A stretch of DNA of 64,000 nt, taken from Antedon mediterranea (Eukaryota; Animalia; Echinodermata). The translations under genes were made by a program, and so were the position numbers. Below are positions 23,405-36,631 of this stretch, in pieces (position 1 is the first letter of the stretch; the number at the start of each line of letters is the position of its first letter). The notes under the pieces were generated by a model. The model had not been told where the DNA came from, ran no database searches, and was given only the letters and a program-made list of their open reading frames with translations. Location of the stretch: NCBI RefSeq assembly GCF_964355755.1, contig NC_092677.1, forward strand, positions 21,997,175-22,061,174. Direction: 5' to 3'.

Positions 23405-26400
23405 GTTTTTACGTACAGACATCGACCGAATTTTTACGTACTGACATCGACCTCGATTTTACGTACAGACATCGACCCTGATTTTAGGTACAGACATCGA
23501 CCTAGTTTTGACGAACAGACATCGACACAGTTTTTACGTACAGACAGCGACACCGTTTTACGTACCGATTACGACCCCGATTTTACGTACAGAAATCGAC
23601 CTAGTTTTTAGGTACAGACATCGACACCGATTTTACGTACAGACATCGACCCCGATTTTACGTACAGACATCGACCTAGTTTTTACATACAGACATCGAC
23701 CCTGATTTTACATACAGGCATCGACCTAGTTTTGACGTACAGACATCGACCCCGTTTTTACATACACATATACATCGACCTCGATTTTACGTATAGACAT
23801 CGACCCCGATTTTACGTGCAGACATCGAACCCGTTTTTACGTACAGGTATCGACAATGATTTTACGTACAGACATCGACCTAGTTTTGAACTACAGACAT
23901 CGACCACGTTTTTACGTATAGACATCGACGCTGATTTTACGTACAGACATGTACCTCGATTTTACGTACATACATCGACCACAAATCAACGTAGAGACAT
24001 CAACCCCGATTTTACGTACAGACATCGACAATGATTTTACGTACTGACATCGACCTAGTTTTGACCTATATACATCGACCTAGTTTTCACGTAAAGACAT
24101 CGACCCCGTTTTTACATACAGACATAGATCTAGTTTTTTACGTACAGAGATCGACCTAGTTTTTACGCAAGACATCGACCCCGATTTAACGTACAGAAAT
24201 CGACCCCGTCTTTACGTACAGACATCGACCTAGTTTTTACGTACATACATCGACTCCGTTTAACGTACCAACACCGACCCCGTTTTTACGTACAGACATC
24301 GACTCCGTTTTTACGTAAAGATATCGACCCTGATTTTACGTACCGACAGCGACCCTGATTTTACGTAAATACATCGACCCCGTTTTGAGGTACAGACATC
24401 GACCCGATTTTACGTACAGACATCAACCTCGATTTTACGTAAAGACATTGACCCCGATTTGACGTACATACATCGACCCCGATTTTACATACATACATCG
24501 ACTCCTATTTTACATACAGACAACGACCCCGATTTTACGTACAGACATCGACCTAGTTTTGACGTCCAGATATCTACCCCGTTTTGACGTACAGACTTCG
24601 ACACCAATTTTACGCAAAGACAACGACCCTGATTTCACGAAAAGATATCGATCCCGTATTTACGTACAGACATCGATCCCGTATTTACTTACAGACATCG
24701 ACCTAGTTTCTACGTACAAACATCGACCCCGATTTTACGTACTTACATCGACCCCGATTTTACGTACAGACATCGACACCGATTTTACGTACATACATCG
24801 ACCCGATTTTACGTACAGTCATCGACCCAGTTTTTACGTACATACATCAACGTCGATTTTACGTACAGACATTGACCCCGATTTTACGTACATACATCGA
24901 CCCCGATTTTACATACATACATCGACTCCTATTTTACATACAGACAACGACCCCGATTTTACGTACAGATATCGACCTAGTTTTGACGTACAGATATCTA
25001 CCCCGTTTTGACGTACAGACATCGACACCAATTTTACGCAAAGACAACGACCGACCCCGATTTCACGAATAGACATCGATCCCGTATTTACGTGCAGACA
25101 TCGATCCCGTATTTACTTACAGACATTGACCTTGTTTCTACGTACAAACATCGACCCTGATTTAAGGTACATATATCGATCCCGATTTTACGTACATACA
25201 TCGACTCCGATTTTACGTACATACATTGACCCGATTTTACATACATACATCGACCCTGATTTTACGTACTGACATCGACCCCAATTTTACGTACATACAT
25301 CGACCCGATTTTACGGACAGTCATCGACCCAGTTTTTACGTACAGACATCGACCCCGATTTTCCGTACAGGTATCGACTCCGATTTAACGTACAAACATC
25401 GATCCCGATTTTATGTATACATATCGACCCCGATTTTACGTACAGACATCGACCCCGATTTTACGTACAGATATCGACCCCAATTTTACGTACGGACATC
25501 GACCCCGATTTTACGTACAGACATCGACCCCGATTTTACATATAGACATCGACCTAGTTTTTACGTAAAGACATCCACCCTGATTTTACATACAGACATC
25601 GACCTAGTTTTGACGTACAGACATCGACCCCGTTTTTAAATACATATATCGACTCCGTTTTTACGTACAGACATCGACCTAGTTTCTACGTACCGACATC
25701 AACCTCGATTTTACGTACAGACATTGACCCCGATTTTACGTACATACATGGACCTCGATTTTAGGTACAGACATAGACCCCGATTTTACGTACCGACATC
25801 GACCTCGATTTTACGTGCAGACATCGATCCCAATTTTACGTACAGACATCGACCTAGCTTTGAACTACAGACATCGACTGCGTTTTTACGTACATACATC
25901 GACCCCGATTTTACGTACAGATATCGACCCAGTTTTTTCGTACAGACATCGATCCCATTTTTACGTACAGACATCGACCTAGTTTTGACGTACAGACATC
26001 GACCCCGTCTTTACATACAGACATCGATCTTGTTTTTTACGTACAGAGATCGACCTAGTTTTTACGTACCGACATCGACCCCTCATTTTACGTACAGACA
26101 GTGACCCCGATTTTACATCGACCTAGTTTTGACGGACATATATCGACCCCGTTTTGACGTACAGACATCGACACCGATTTTACGCAAGACGTCGACCCCG
26201 ATTTGACGTACAGACATCGACCCCGTATTGACGTACAGACATCGACCTAGTTTTTACGTACATACATCGACTCCGTTTAACGTACCGACATCGACCCCGT
26301 TTTTACGTACAGACATCGACTCCGTTCTTACGTAAAGACATCGACCCCGATTTTACATCGACCTAGTTTTGACGGACATATATCGACCCAGTTTTGACGT

Positions 26401-26669
26401 AAAGACATCGACACCGATTTTACGCAAGACGTCGACCCCGATTTGACGTACAGACATCGACCCCGTATTTACGTACAGACATCGACCTAGTTTTTACGTA
26501 CATACATCGACTCCGTTTAACGTACCGACATCGACCCCGTTTTTACGTACAGACATCGACTCCGTTCTTACGTAAAGACATCGACCCCGACTTTACGTAC
26601 AGACAGCGACTCCGATTTTACGTACAGGCATCGACACCGATTTTACGCAAAGACAACGACCCCGATTTC
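23405..26669 (+). repeat. 25-bp satellite array 1, consensus TTTTACGTACAGACATCGACCCCGA (variant ...GACCTAGT)
   Basis: About 130 imperfect tandem copies directly visible. Confidence 0.97.
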
Positions 26670-28190
26670 TTACACAAAACATCAAAGTGTACAGAATAGC
26701 TTTAAATCGCATTTGGAGACGTTTTAGACCATTTTGTGATTTTCGAAAATACATGTTAACATAAAAACATCAAAGTGTACAGAATAGCTTCAAATCGCAT
26801 TTGGAGACGTTTTAGACCATTTTGTGCATTTCGATGAAACTTGGTTACACAAAAACATCAAAATGCTTAAAATCACATTAGAAACCGTTTTAGACCATTT
26901 TGAGCATTTCGATAAAACTTTTCACACAAAAACATCAAAGTGAACAAAATAGCTTAATATGGTATTTAAAAACGTTTTAGATCATTTTAAGCACTTCGAC
27001 AAAACTTTTTCACACAAAACATCAAAGTGTACAGAATAGCTTCAAATCGCAAATGGAGACGTTTTAGACCATTTTGTGCATTTCGAAAAAACTTGGTTAC
27101 ACAAAAACATCAAAGTGCTTAAAATCACATTAGAAACCGTTTTAGACCATTTTGAGCATTTCGATAAAACTTTTCACACAAAAACATCAAAGAGCACAAA
27201 ATAGCTTAATATCGTATTTAAAAACGTTTTAGACCATTTTGAGCATTTCGACTAAACTTTTTCACACAAAACATCAAAGTGTACAGAATAGCTTAAAATC
27301 GCATTTGGAGACGTTTTAGACAATTTTGTGATTTTCGAAAAAACTTGTTAACATAAAAACACCAAAGTGCTAAGAATAGCTTCAAATCGCCATTTTGAGC
27401 ATTTCGATAAAACTTTTCACACAAAAACATGAAAGTGCACAAAATAGCTTAATATGGTATTTAAAAACGTTTTAGATCATTTTAAGCATTTCGACAAAAC
27501 TTTTTCACACAAAACATCAAAGTGTACAGAATAGCTTCAAATCGCATTTGGAGACGTTTTAGACCATTTTGTGCATTTCGAAAAACTTGTTAACATAAAA
27601 ACACCAAAGTGCTTAGAATAGCTTCAAATCGCATTTGGAGACGTCTTAGACCATTTTGTGCATTTCGATGAAACTTGGTTACACAAAAACATCAAAGTGC
27701 TTAAAATCACATTAGAAACCGTTTTAGACCATTTTGAGCATTTCGATAAAACTTTTCACACAAAAACATCAAAGAGCACAAAATAGCTTAATATGGTATT
27801 TGAAAACGTTTTAGACCATTTTGAGCATTTCAATAAAATTTTTTCACACAAAACATCAAAGTGTACAGAATAGATTCAAATCGCATTTGAAGACGTTTTA
27901 GACCATTTTGTGCATTTCGAAAAAAACTTGTTAACATAAAAACACCAAAGTGCATAGAATAGCTTCAAATAGCATTTGGAGACGTTTTAGACCATTTTGT
28001 GGTTTTCGAAAGAACTTGTTAACATAAAAACACCAAAGTGCTAAGGATACCTTCAAATCGCATTTGGAGACGTTTTAGACAGTTTTGTGCATTTCGATGA
28101 AACTTGGTTACACAAAAACATCAAAGTGCTAAAATCACATTAGAAACCGTTTTAGACCATTTTGAGCATTTTGATGAAACTTTTCACATA
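26670..28190 (+). repeat. ~77-88-bp satellite (CACAAAACATCAAAGTG...GTTTTAGACCATTTTG.GCATTTCG)
   Basis: aaaacatcaaa recurs at ~26677, 26764, 26852, 26929, 27016 etc.; 3-4 variant units cycle. Confidence 0.95.
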
Positions 28191-29700
28191 ATAATTTTTT
28201 AATTTTATAGAATGGAAATTTTGACCATTTTTAGAAAAAAAATCCTATGGTCCCCCGCAGCAATATTTTCAAAAAATCGCCAAATTTCGACCCTTTTATT
28301 TTTTGACATAACTAGATACGATGGCTTGTTGAACCCACAAATGTAAAAACGCCTACAAATGTGAAAACAACCACAAATGTGAAAACGCATCACCCACAAA
28401 TGTGAAAACAACCACAAATGTGAAAACGCATCACCCACAAATGTGAAAACAACCACAAATGTGAAAACGCATCAACCACAAATGTAATAAACAGCGCCCA
28501 CAAATGTGAAAACGATCATCGCCCACAAATGTGATAACGCCCACAAATGTAAAAAAAAAAGAGAATTTTTCGGCCACAAAATGTAAAAAAAAAAAATCAG
28601 ATGAAATTTAATTCTAGACTCAAACAATTTTGATCGAGGTACTACATTATATCATGATTGTATTGAGTTGTTTCAATAATTGTTTGTTCACGATACGTCT
28701 GTTAAGGCCTGTGCACACCGAACGCGAAGCCGCGAAGCGTCATGCGTCACGCGTCATTCGACGGATCGCTTTGAAAGTTGAATTGTCATGCGTCTATTAG
28801 TTTTTCTTGTCGGTTCCCACTAAACGCGTCACGATGTGCTGATTCGTCGCGATTGCTAGGCCTAGGAGATAGTGGGTTGGCCAACACAATGCTACATTTA
28901 AAATAATCAGAGAAGATGACTGAAGTATTTCCTATGTAAGTTTAACCAGAGAAGAGTTAAATTAAAATGTAATTTAACTCTTCCCTGGTTACACCAATCA
29001 CAGTGTTTGGTTTTGGTGGGAAAATGTTATCCTTTTCCAAATCCTGAAATGTGCATGATTGTATGTATATATCACAAGGACAGAAGAACATGTATCCAAT
29101 ATCAATACAGTTACAAGAATTAAAGCATTTATTGCATGTTGATTACACGTACATGTGATCTGCTGACTGTGTTTATTAGGGGTGTTACAAATATCTTTCA
29201 ACAGAGGTTATTATAACCATATAAAACATTTCATATAAACACGAACTGGGAATCTTCCTGGGCCTATATATTAATGTAAAGTTTTCACATTCATTTTCTA
29301 ATTATTATTAAATATTATATTATTCATGACAAAACATACAGTTTTTTTCTCATTTGATTAAATGTAATAAATATCCCAAACTCATATTTACACTGTATAT
29401 TATCTTATGACTTTTTCACATAAATACACTTATTGAAATAGTGAATCATTGTTTTTAAAGGTATCATTAAATATCAACCAGATTTTCTTTTTTACTACTC
29501 CTGAATACTTTCGCAAAATAATATCAAAATAATAAATTTAAAATGTATCATCCCAAACAAAATGAAAATTGAAGAAATATTATTATTGTTAAAAGTGAAT
29601 AACTAACCCTAAAGTGTTATACTGTATTACACACAGCGAAAATGTTTTAAATTATATTTTCAGGAAGACAATATATCTTGTCCAAAAAATGACACTAAAC

Positions 29701-29885
29701 TTAAAGATGTATTGTCCCATAGAATCATAAAAAATGAAGATGATTAAAATCAAATTTGAATAGGACATTTTGTAGTTTTAACAAAGTTAATCACTTACAT
29801 AGAAAAAAAACCCAAAAAACTTATGTTTTCACTTATAAAATGAAAAAAAATCCATTAGCTCGCAGCCAATTTGACTATTTTTTTT
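29701..29885. mobile_element. Partial Kolobok-like MITE, same family as 17749-18081, opposite orientation
   Basis: ttaaagatgtattgtccc...aaaaatgaagat...aaagttaatcactt...gcagccaatttgac matches the reverse complement of ~17895-18085. Confidence 0.7.
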
Positions 29886-30082
29886 AGTATTGGAGTATAA
29901 CAAAACATATACATATATTTCCATGTGTTCTCTATTGCTAAAAAAAGACATTCAGTTCAGCTTTCCTTCTATAACCACTTAATAAATACTAGTTACAGTC
30001 CAATTCCTCCTTAATCTCTTCCATTTTCTATAAAAAAAAAATGAAACAAGTATTAAAAAATTGCTATAGTAAGGCATATTGC

Positions 30083-30885
30083 TCAAATCATTTTTTCTGG
30101 CCAATGTATGTCACCAACTGACATACCCATTTGAAAAAAGTCTATACAAACCTGTATCAGCCTCATAATTGCCAGTCCACGTTTTTGAGGAGCAATTGCT
30201 CTTAATTCCATGGCAATAATATACTGGCCGCTTAAACTACTAGCTTGGTCATTGGTGGAGTTTGTAACGCTGGTATAGCCTGAAGGATCCCATTTATCAA
30301 TGTTCATCTAATTGACCTAAAAAAAAAAAAAAACAACAGTATTTATGTATTAATATTACTACTACTAGGCCTATCCTAGCCTTACAACACTAAATCAACT
30401 AAATATTAGGCCTATAAATATTAATTAATAATAATAAGTAGGCTAGGCCTAGCTAGGCCTAGAGTAGTACTGTACTCATATTTAGTAGTAGGCTTAACCT
30501 AGGCTAGGCCTGGCCTAGCACATAGTAGACTAGTAGGGATTAGTAAGTATTATGTAGGCCTATAAGTACTACTTGGCATGGCCTAGCCTACTAGGGTATA
30601 TGTAGCCTAGGCTAGGTAGGCCTAGCTAGGCCCTAGTATTGCCTAAACCTAGGTAGGCCTTAGGCCTAGCTAGGCTAGAAATAGGCTTGTCAACTCACTT
30701 TACAAATTGATCTCTGACGCGTTTTAGGCCTAGTTTTTCTGGCATTCTTCTACACAGATGTTTGTCTGAAATTATTGTCTTCATGCATTAATCCTTATGT
30801 TTCTGTCTGTGTATGATTTACTTCCCTTATCGTAAAGACAAGAAGGGTAAGTATTTCCATAAAGACCTCGCTCGTCAGCCACCAT
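30083..30885 (-). pseudogene. MADF (Myb/SANT-like) protein pseudogene of the Harbinger, two exons (30885-30699, 30316-30083)
   Basis: PSCLYDKGSKSYTDRNIRINA*(W>TGA at 30781-30783)...VEECQKN*/KRVRDQFVK follows the MADF pattern. Donor GTGAGT and polypyrimidine acceptor present. Exon 2 GQYIIAMELRAIAPQKRGLAIMRLIQV is BESS-motif-like. Confidence 0.75.
30360..30690. repeat. Low-complexity (TAGGCCTA/TAGGC/CTAG) palindromic array
   Basis: Dense taggcctagctaggcctag clusters within the MADF intron. Confidence 0.85.
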
Positions 30886-33800
30886 TTTTTTGCCGTCGGT
30901 GTCGTCGATGAGAGATATTCCTGACTTCTGATTGGTTGACGAACGCAAACCGCGCTCGCGACGCCTCAAAAAGTTGACCAAGGTTCAACTTTTGAAAATT
31001 TGCGTGCGAAGCCTTCGCTGCTGTCGTTTTCAACGCGTTGAAGTTGAAATTCGACTATCGTACACTGTTCGCTTGTATGTTCACACTGGAAGCGTCCGTC
31101 GCCTGCCGCGTGCGTCACTTTTTAACGCGAAATTCGCGGCTTCGCGTTCGGTGTGCACAGGCCTTTAGGGTCGTGGTTAACGCGTTGGATTATTATAATT
31201 TGCTGCTCATGCACGCGATATTTGCACGTAAACTCGTTTGTTTAATGAACGTAATAGTTCAAGACGATATTTGTTATTTGCTGCGCGCGTGCACGATACT
31301 TCAAGGTCAAGGCCATGTTATATCATTGTTGCTTCTACTGTGTGGTTGTTGGCTTACTATTATGTACGTATAGTATGTTCGATATTTTTTTTTTTGCGCG
31401 CACACGATACAACAAGGTCAAGGTTAAATTGCTACTTGTATGTAGTGTGTGGTTATTAACTCGTTGGCTTACTGTTATGACTTCTAATGCTCATACAGTG
31501 TTATATGCATCTCCAATCAAGTGTAAGCCTACTATTAGTAGATAACATTATTTAATCGCATTGCAACTCAAATATTTTGTTAGGTAATTCATGAAGCCAG
31601 TTTGTTCCTCATTAACAATACCGTTATACCTTGTACGTTGACTTATTTACTTATAATTATATTATACATAAAAATTGTCGAATATACGTTTGATAGTAAA
31701 TCAGTTAAATTGTAATGCATTCAATAGGTAATATTATTCTCCGTATATCTTTATAATTATCCTCTAAAAATAGATATACAAATTAAACAATAAGCATCAG
31801 ATTAAACCACGAATGTAAATAGTAGTAGGCCTATAGTAGGAAGTTTTGTCCATTAGTATAATTGTTATAGATTTCATAGTATGTTTTATAGAATACATGT
31901 TCGTGACAAGTTTGATACTATCGTATCGTGTATTATGTTTGGTTGGATATTGGTGTTATGGTATTATTCTATGTTACAATTTGTTTATCGCTCTAAAATA
32001 AAGAAATATTCTTTTATTAGTTGTTCTTGCTCTAGCTCTTGTATTATTATCTTGTGGTTATAGTTTTGTAAAAAAATTGAACATTAGGAACTACTGCAAC
32101 AACTGAACGACGAGTATAGCATTGATCTTGTAGTATCGTGTACACCGAGCATCGACTTGGAGCTATAATACGTACATAATACTAATATAGTAAGCCCAAC
32201 TGCACTTCAAGCAGCAATGATATATGACCTTGTAGTATCGTGTACGCGCCCAAAAACATCGAATCGAGCATCGACTTGGAACTATACGTACATAACAGTA
32301 AGCCAACGAGTTAATAACCAACAATGATATAACATGGCCTTGACCTTGAAGTATCGTGCACGCGCGCAGCAAATAACAAATATTATTGTCTTGAACTATT
32401 ACGTTCATTAAACAAACGAGTTAACGTGCAAATATCGCGCGCACGAGCAGCAAATGATAATAATCCAACGTGTTAACGACGACCCTAACAGACGTATCGT
32501 GAACAAACAACTCAATACAATCATGATATAATGTTTGTCTGAATCTAGCATTAAATTTTATCTGATTTTTTTACATTTGTGGGCGAAAAAGTCTCTCTTG
32601 TTTTTACATTTGTGGGCGTTATCACATTTGTGGGCGATGATCGTTTTCACATTTGTGGGCGCTGTTTTCACATTTGTGGTTGATGCGTTTTCACATTTGT
32701 GGTTGTTTTCACATTTGTGGGTGATGCGTTTTCACATTTGTGGTTGTTTTCACATTTGTGGGTGATGCGTTTTCACATTTGTGGTTGTTTTCACATTTGT
32801 GGGCGTTTTCACATTTGTGGGTTCAACATGGCTCTATAAGATGATGCTAACCCAATATATTTGCATAAATGCCAATATTATAGCATAATTATTGAATTTT
32901 AAAAAGTTGAAATTTTGACAATTTTTCGAAAAAATTCCTTCCGCAGGGAAATTTTCGCAAAAATGGCCAAATTTCAAACCTTTTATTTTTTGACATAACT
33001 AGTTACTATGGCTCTATAAAATAATGTTAGCACAATATATTTGCAAAAATGGCAATATTATAGCATAATTTTTGAATTTTAAAAAGTGGAAATTGTTTCC
33101 ATTTTTCAATAAAATTCCACTGGTCCCCCGCAGAAAAAATTTTCGAAAATTGCCGAATTTCGACACTTTTATATTTTGATGTAACTAGTTACTATGGCTC
33201 TATAAGATGATGTCAACACAATATATGTGCATAAATGGCAATATTACAGCATAATTATTGAATTTTAAAAAGTGGAAAATTTTTCCATTTTTCGACTCTT
33301 TTGTTTTTTTACATAACTAATTACGATGGCTCTATAAGATGATGTTAACACAACAAAAAGTGGAAATTTTGGCAATTTTTCGAAAAAATTCCTATGGTCC
33401 CCCGCAGCTAAATTTTCAAAAATTTGCCAAATTTCGCCCTTTTATTTTTTGACATAACTAGTTACTATGGCTCTATAAGATGATGTTAGCACAATATATT
33501 TGCATAAATGCCAATATAATAGCATAATTATTGAATTTTAAACAATATAAATTTTGACCATTTTTCGAAAAAAAAATCCTATGGTCCCCCGCAGCGAAAT
33601 TTTCCAAAAATTGCTAAATTTCGACCGTTTTATTTGTTGACATAACTAGTTACGATGGCTCTATAAGATGATGCTAACACAATATATTTGCATAAATGCC
33701 AATATAATAGCATAATTATTGAATTTTAAAAAGAGGAAATTTTGGACATTTTTCGAAAAAATTCCTATGGTCCCCCGCAGGGAAATTTTCGCAAAAATGG

Positions 33801-34714
33801 AAAAATTTCAAACCTTTTATTTTTTTACATAACTAGTTACAATGGCTCTATAAGATGATGCTAACCCAATATATTTGTATAAATGCCAATATTATAGCAT
33901 AATTATTGAATTTTAAAAAGTGGAAATTTTGTCAATTTTTCGAAAAAATTTCCTATGGTCCCCCGCAGGGAAATTTTCGCAAAAATGGCAAAATGTCAAC
34001 ACTTTTATTTTTTGACATAACTAGTTACTATGGCTCTATAAGATGATGTTAGCACAATATATTTGCATAATTGGCAATATTATAGCATACTTTTTTAATT
34101 TTAAACAATGGAAATTTTGACAATTTTTCGAAAAAAAAATCTTATGGTACCCCGCAGCGAAATTTTTGAAAAATCGCCAAATTTCAACCCTTTTATTTCT
34201 TGAGATAACTAGTTACGATGGCTCTATAAGATGATGCTAACACAATATATTTGCATAAATGCCAATATAATAGCATAATTATTGAATTTTAAAAAGTGGA
34301 AATTTTGGCCATTTTTCGAAAAAATTCCTATGGTCCCCCGTAGGGAAATTTTCCCAAAAATGGCCAAATTTCAAACCTTTTATTTTTTGACAAAACTAGT
34401 TACTATGGCTCTATAAGATGATGTTAGCACAATATATTTGCATAAATGGCAATATTATATAGGATATTTTTTTAATTTTAAACAATGGAAATTTTGACCA
34501 TTTTTCGAAAAAAAAATCCTATGGTACCCCGCAGCGAAATTTTTGAAAAATCGCCAAATTTCGACCCTTTTATTTTTTGAGATAACTAGTTACGATGGTT
34601 CTATAAGATGATGCTAACACAATATATTTGCATAAATGCCAATATAATAGCATAATGATTGAATTTTAAAAAGTGGAAATTTTGGCCATTTTTCGAAAAA
34701 ATTCCTATGGTCCC

Positions 34715-36631
34715 TGTTGAACCCACAAATGTAAAAACGCCCACAAATGTGAAAACAACCACAAATGTGAAAACGCATCACCCACAAATGTGAAAACAAC
34801 CACAAATGTGAAAACGCATCACCCACAAATGTGAAAACAACCACAAATGTGAAAACGCATCAACCACAAATGTAATAAACAGCGCCCACAAATGTGAAAA
34901 CGATCATCGCCCACAAATGTGATAACGCCCACAAATGTAAAAAAAAATGAGAATTTTTCGGCCACAAATGTAAAAAAAAAATCAGATCAAATTTAATGCT
35001 AGACTCAAACAATTTTGATCGAGGTACTACATTATATCATGATTGTATTGAGTTGTTTCAATAATTGTTTGTTCACGATACGTCTGTTAGGGTCGTGGTT
35101 AACGCGTTGGATTATTATAATTTGCTGCTCATGCGCGCGATATTTGCACGTTAACTCGTTTGTTTAATGAACGTAATAGTTCAAGACAATATTTGTTATT
35201 TGCTGCGCGCGTATAGGACGTATAGTTATAAGTCGATGTTCGATGTTTTTTTGCGCGTGCACACGATACTAAAAGGTCAAGGTTAAATTGCTACTTGTAT
35301 GTAGTGTGTGGTTATTAACTCGTTGGCTTAATACTGTTATGTACGTATAGTTCAAGTCGATGCTCGATTCGATGTTTTTGTGCGCGTACACGATACCACA
35401 AGGTCAAGTTCATGATATACTATTGCTACTTGTGGAGTTAATTCGTTGGCTTATTGTTATGTTCGTGTAGTTCCAAGTCGATGTTCGATTCGATGTTTTT
35501 TGTTCGCGTGCACGATACTACAAAGGTCATGACTTGTATACCATTGCTACTTGTGGTGTGTGGTTGTTAACGTATAGTTTCAAGTCGAATTTCGATGTTT
35601 TGCGGGCGTGCACGATACTACAAGGTCAATAACTGCACGATACTACAAGGTCAATAACTGAACGACGAGTATAGCATTGATCTTGTAGTATCGTGTACAC
35701 CGAGCATCGACTTGGAGCTATAATACGTACATAATACTAATATAGTAAACCCAACTGCACTTCAAGCAGCAATGATATATGACCTTGTAGTATCGTGCAC
35801 GCGCACAAAAAACATCGAATCGACCATCGACTTGGAATTATACGTACATAACAATAAGCCAACGAGTTAACACTTACAAGTAGCAATAGTATATATGACC
35901 TTGACCTTGTGGTATCGTGTACGCGCCCAAAAACATCGAATCGAGCATCGACTTGGAACTATACGTTCATAAAAGAAAGCCAACGAGTTAATAACCACAC
36001 ACTACATACAAGTAGCAATTTAACCTTGACCTTGTTGTATCGTGTGAGCGCGCAAAAAAAATAACGAACATCGACTTATAACTATACGTACATAATAGTA
36101 AGCCAACAACCACACACTAGAAGCAACAATGATATAACATGGCCTTGACCTTGAAGTATGGTGCACGCGCGCAGCAAATAACAAATATTTTCTTGAACTA
36201 TTACGTTCATTAAACAAACGAGTTAACGTGCAAATATCGCGCGCATGAGCAGCAAATGATAATAATCCAACGTGTTAACGACGACCCTTACAGACGTATC
36301 GTGAACAAACAACTCAATACAATCATGATATAATGTTTGTCTGAATCTAGCATTAAATTTGATCTGATTTTTTTTACATTTGTGGGCGAAAAAGTCTCTC
36401 TTTTCTTTACATTTGTGGGCGTTATCACATTTGTGGGCGATGATCGTTTTCACATTTGTGGGCGCTGTTTTCACATTTGTGGTTGATGCGTTTTCACATT
36501 TGTGGTTGTTTTCACATTTGTGGGTGATGCGTTTTCACATTTGTGGTTGTTTTCACATTTGTGGGTGATGCGTTTTCACATTTGTGGTTGTTTTCACATT
36601 TGTGGGCGTTTTCACATTTGTGGGTTCAACA
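34715..36631. mobile_element. Foldback-type non-autonomous DNA transposon copy 2 (1917 bp)
   Basis: gtccc|TGTTGAACCCACAAATGT ... ACATTTGTGGGTTCAACA|gtccc. Almost the whole element is an imperfect palindrome centred near 35620-35680. No ORF. Confidence 0.93.

Larger units (their letters stand above)
28705..31164 (-). mobile_element. PIF/Harbinger non-autonomous element nested in foldback copy 1
   Basis: Perfect 32-bp TIR AGGCCTGTGCACACCGAACGCGAAGCCGCGAA and TTA TSD. The empty site cgtctgTTAgggtcgtgg is present in copy 2 at ~35081. Confidence 0.95.
28327..32828. mobile_element. Foldback-type non-autonomous DNA transposon copy 1 (TGT...ACA, 5-bp TSD; Ginger2/TDD-like)
   Basis: tggct|TGTTGAACCCACAAATGT ... 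ACATTTGTGGGTTCAACA|tggct. Subterminal CCACAAATGTGAAAAC repeats of alternating 18 and 23 bp. The satellite resumes exactly after the TSD. Confidence 0.92.

Noticed and set aside
23405-26669. CRISPR-like appearance of short regular repeats
   Set aside because: Head-to-tail monomers with no unique spacers, no cas genes, and a eukaryotic context.
28205-36568. ORFs containing FSHLWLFSHLW
   Set aside because: Translations of the transposon's subterminal CCACAAATGTGAAAAC repeats.
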